Below, piece after piece: positions 56,874 to 64,000 of a DNA stretch of 64,000 nucleotides. The position numbers were made by a program, and so were the translations under genes. The notes under the pieces were generated by a model. That model worked only from the letters and a program-made list of their open reading frames with translations. It was not told where the DNA came from and searched no databases. Source of the DNA: Camelus dromedarius (lineage: Eukaryota); the NCBI RefSeq assembly GCF_036321535.1, contig NC_087451.1, positions 19,096,001 through 19,160,000 of the forward strand, in the 5' to 3' direction. Positions within the stretch are counted from its first letter, which is position 1. Each line of letters starts with the position of its first letter.

Positions 56874-57078
56874 ATGACTTGGAAACTGCCTGCTTTGGCT
56901 TCTCATTTCTTCCCTCTTCCCTCCCACCCGCTACTGGGTATAGCTCTGCTTTTAGCTAGTATTTACCCTTTCTTGGGCTTTTCTTCCTTGAGGGGAAAAT
57001 GGTCATGTTAACTGGATAATGTGACCTTTCTGTAAGAGGTTGGGCAAGAACTGTCATAAGTACCTCACATGTCTCAGC

Positions 57079-57090
57079 AAAGAGGAAGTG
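57079..57090 (+). promoter_or_regulatory. PU.1 (SPI1) consensus site in the CD68 promoter
   Basis: Exact AAAGAGGAAGTG about 390 nt upstream of the ATG; another GGAAGT near 57368; CD68 is a macrophage ETS/PU.1-driven gene. Confidence 0.7.
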
Positions 57091-57480
57091 GACAGGAAAG
57101 GGGGTGGAAATAAAAATTGTACATCCTACTGAGCTTGTTCTCTGAGGGAGGGGCTGCAGAGCCAGCAACCACTTGTCACAACTACTGAGCATGATTTGCG
57201 GAGGTAGACAAGAATCCCCAGGGGTCAACTACCCCGGAACTCATATGACACTGAGAGCTGACAGCTCCCACTTGATACCAGGGCCAATCATCTAATTTAA
57301 TGACTAAGCTTGGTGGTTGGGGCTGAGGTGCCTGAATCAGGCTGGGTGTGGGGTAATCTTAGTTACAGGAAGTCAAAGATTCCTCTTTCCAAACGAAGGC
57401 AGAGGGAACAGGGTTCCCTGACCGAGCAGGCAGCTGGTACTGACACACAAACCTAGTTGGACTCTGGAGGCTGTTCTGAC

Positions 57481-59266
57481 ATGAGGCTGGCTGTGCTTTT
57501 CTCTGGGGTCTTGCTGGGGCTACTAGCAGGTAAGGAGAAGGGACAGAAGGGGAGGGAGCCCTGGGAAAGAGCCTGGCCCTGGGCTACTAACCAGTCTTTC
57601 CTCTGCTGAAAGCCCAGGGGACAGGGAATGACTGTCCTCATAAAAAGTCGGCCACTCTGCTGCCATCCTTCACGGTGACACCTACAGCTACAGAAAGCAC
57701 AGCAAGCACTGGAACAACCAGCCACAAGACAACCAGCCATAGAACTACCACTCACAGAACGACAACCATAGATACCACCAGCCACAAGTCTATGACAGCC
57801 ACTCAAAATCCTGCTACCACCACCAGTCACGGAAACACCACAGTTCGTCCAACAAGCAACACCACGGCCACCAGCCCAGGGTCTTCCACCAGTTCCCCCC
57901 ACCCAGGACCACCTCCACCCTCTCCAAGTCCTAGCCCAGGATCCAAGGAGGCGATAGGAAACTACACTTGGAATAATGGTTCCCAGCCCTGCGTCCAGCT
58001 CCAAGCCCAGATTCAGATTCGAGTTCTATACCCGACCCAGGGTGGCGGAGAGGTAAAGCTGAAAGACAGTGGAGGACATAAGGGGAAGGGGACGAGACAT
58101 TTTGCTGTTTCAAAAGGGAAGAATAGAGAAGGGGACAAACAGGGTGAGGACAAAGGGAACTGGGAACCCTGGATGATGGCACAGCTGTGGTCTTGTGACC
58201 CTTTCATCTTTTAACTTCTGCAGGCCTGGGGCATCTCCGTACTGAACCCCAACAAAACCAAGGCCCAGGGGGGCTGTGAGGGGGCCCATCCCCATTTGTT
58301 CCTCTCATTTCCCTACGGACAGCTCAGCTTTGGATTCAAGCAGGTACTTAACCCTCATCCCTCACTCTAACCCTCCAAGTGCCCTATCTCTATCAATCCC
58401 TTGCTGCACTCTTTACTCTGAGAACCTGGATGCCACCCTCCCCTGCTGCCCTGAGTCTTCCTGGTCACCTCCCCAGGAGCCACTGCAGAGCATCGTCTAC
58501 CTGAACTATATGGCTGTGGAGTACAATGTGTCCTTCCCCCAGGCAGCACGTAAGTAACCTCCCCTTTCTCATCACTAGCACTAACTCGATGTCTGGGCTC
58601 CTGAAGGGACCTAAGCTGCAGGGCGGGGTCGTGGATATAGAACTGACCCTTCCTCATTCTTTTATTAGAGTGGACATTCTCAGTTCAGAATTCATCCCTT
58701 CAATATCTCCAAACTCCCCTGGGCCGGAGCTTCAGTTGCAGAAACGCAAGCATCATTCTTTCACCAGCTTTCCACCTTGACCTGCTCTCCTTGAAGCTAC
58801 AAGCTGCTGAGCTGCCCCCCACAGGGGCCTTTGGGCCAAGTAAGACCTGTTCCATTCCTCCTAGAATTCTCCCACTGCACTGAAAGCCACCTACCCCAGG
58901 CCTATAATCTCCCTTCTTGCACCCTCAAATTTCCTCCACCTCAAGCTTAGGCACACAGTGAGGGCAACTGTCCTCCCCACCTCTGCAGGACTGCCCATTC
59001 TCCCCCTTTCCTCTCCTGCTGAGTCATCTAGGTGAACCCCTACTTCCCAGTGCCCTCCACGTTCCTTCCTCCTTCCCATCTTTATCTCAGCTACCACCAC
59101 TGTGATGCCTACTTGCCCTGTCTTTCCACTAGGTTTCTTCTGTCCCAGTGACCAATCCATCTTGCTGCCTCTCCTCATCGGCCTGATCTTACTCGGCCTC
59201 TTCATCCTGGTGCTTGTTACATTCTGCATTGTCCGGAGACGCCCACCCACCTATCAGCCCCTCTGA
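57481..59266 (+). CDS. CD68: CD68 (macrosialin), LAMP family, 328 aa
   Basis: Exons 57481-57529, 57613-58052, 58224-58343, 58477-58549, 58669-58839, 59133-59266; total 987 nt; signal peptide, Thr-rich mucin, Pro hinge, LAMP domain, TM, tail RRRPPTYQPL; 83-nt intron 1. Confidence 0.97.
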
Positions 59267-60949
59267 GCATTCATCCCAACACCCAGGACACCAGGGGTGC
59301 CCTCATGTCTCACCACTCAACTGACTCCGAGGCAAGATTTTCATCTTTCCCTGTCTTTTGATGAACAAAAGTAGAGATAATGCAATCGGGAAGGATAAGC
59401 GGAGAGATGTTTATTAAATGTGACTGATTCCCCCTTCCACATCTCCATTGGCAGAATAGTAAAACCTGCTCAAATCTTTATTTTTGGTCTTCTTTGTCCT
59501 TCCTGCCCAAGATTAAAAGCCACGAGTTACCTGTCACATGCCTTTCTGTGCCTTCCATGGCTGAGTCTCAGGGAAGCAGAAACTCTGGTGAGGAGGGAGG
59601 AAATTATCAGTGTGCGTGACCCAACGCCCTCATGGGTCCACTCTCCAAAGCCTGGCACAGCAGCTGTCAAATCGGCCTCACCTCCCCCCTTCCTTCTCTT
59701 CTGTTGGGGCCCCTGGCTGCTCCAGCTCCCTCTCACCTCCAATCCAGTGGAGTCACTCATCCTGACAGCCTTCTTCCTGATCTTTATATACAATTACATA
59801 CAGGTGAAGCAGGCAGCCATAGCAATGAGTGTAGGTGGGAAGGTCGGAGCTGTGTCACTTCCTTTCCAAAGGCAGCAGCAGTGGCTCCTTAGCAACAAGA
59901 ATTCCCTGCCCTACCCACCAGGTCCAGGGCTAGCAAACAGCCCGGATTAAACCCTTGCAACACCTGGGATGCTCCTATCTCAACTGCAAAGGGTTTTCAT
60001 CAAACATGGGAGCAGTGGGTACTCTGACCTCCACGTACAATTACCCTCTATGCTCCTGGGAACAACACGCCTCCAGCCTAGGCCACCTGCCGAGCCAACC
60101 CTGATGTCCCGGTCGGTGATGTACCTAGTGGTGGTGGGTGGCACCCCCTGGGCAGCCTGTGTTGATTCCAAAAAGGACCTCCCAAACAACAACAGCCTGC
60201 ACGACCAATCAGTGCCAGTCCCCCCCGCCCTTACAGTCGGCCATGACGCAATCCCCAGGGGCCCTTCCAGTTGCTGGAGCCTAGTAAGGCTACAGAAAGC
60301 GGCCACCAGGATCTGGAGCCCCTCCCCTTTAAGGGGAGCCCGCAAGTGGCAGGGATCCAGCAGCCACACCACCACCGTGCAGACACCCCGTATGACCTCG
60401 CCAATTAGGAGTCCCCGAAGGGCGTGGTACTCCCAGCAGGCACCCGGCCACCAGAGCATGATGGCCGGCCTACCTAGACTTGGTGTCCTAGTGCTGGATA
60501 ACAGAGGGCATCCCTCCCCGCGGTAGTCCAAGGTGCCCTTTCCCAAGACGAGCTGCTGGGCCCCGGCCGCCTTGCCCAAGTCCTGGCTCAGCACGTGGTC
60601 AGAGAAGGCTGAGAAGCCAACCTTGGCCCAGAGGTGGTGCCCTCGGGCCAGTGGGGTGAGAGGGTGCCCGGGGGCTCGCGTTTCAGAGGCTGCCAGGGCT
60701 GGTGCCGCTGACGCCCCCTGAAACTGGACTCGCCTTCCCCACCTCCCCTTCTCCTGTTTCACTGTCCCGGCCCAGCAGCTGCAGGCGCACCCATCCGCCA
60801 GGAGCTGGGCGAACCTAAGGAGGGAGACACACAACACAGGCGCCGATGGGGGTGGCTGCCTAGCTCAAACTGTCCCGCTCCCGTCGGCGAAGCTTCCTCT
60901 GGAGACGCAGAGAGTACAGCACATAGAAAGCTAGAGAGCCCCCACCCAA

Positions 60950-63906
<2,957 letters not shown>

Positions 63907-64000
63907 GTGAGTGCACCTCCTTCCCTCTAGAGGGCACTATAACCTCATCTTACCTCTCCTGAGCTGAGGACTTAAAAGCTGCCCCTTCTCGGGAACTCTT

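Noticed and set aside
59969-60526. 185-aa plus-strand ORF
   Set aside because: No splice or promoter support on +; best explained as the antisense shadow of the minus-strand frame or GC-rich chance

Overview
Mammalian genomic DNA syntenic with human 17p13.1. It is probably camelid, inferred from a tRNA-Ala-derived SINE family. All recognised genes lie on the + strand: the last coding stretch of POLR2A (CTD heptads 36-52), about 29 kb of repeat-rich intergenic DNA (L1, a deleted two-LTR ERV-L provirus, MaLR/MER21 LTRs, SINEs), then TNFSF12 (TWEAK), TNFSF13 (APRIL), SENP3, EIF4A1 (hosting SNORA48, SNORD10, SNORA67), CD68 and MPDU1 exons 1-6. Exon chains were hand-spliced and give 248, 250, 574 (assuming the masked ATG), 406 and 328 aa. 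The most interesting observation is a second, apparently intact SNORA48-like H/ACA snoRNA in EIF4A1 intron 4. It has compensated stems, perfect 28S U3818 guides, and an orphan 5' pocket shared with the canonical copy. Also notable is a candidate spliced antisense transcript with an 858-nt open frame between CD68 and MPDU1. The eleven N runs look like length-preserving masks rather than assembly gaps. Human and rRNA comparisons are from recalled sequence, not database searches.
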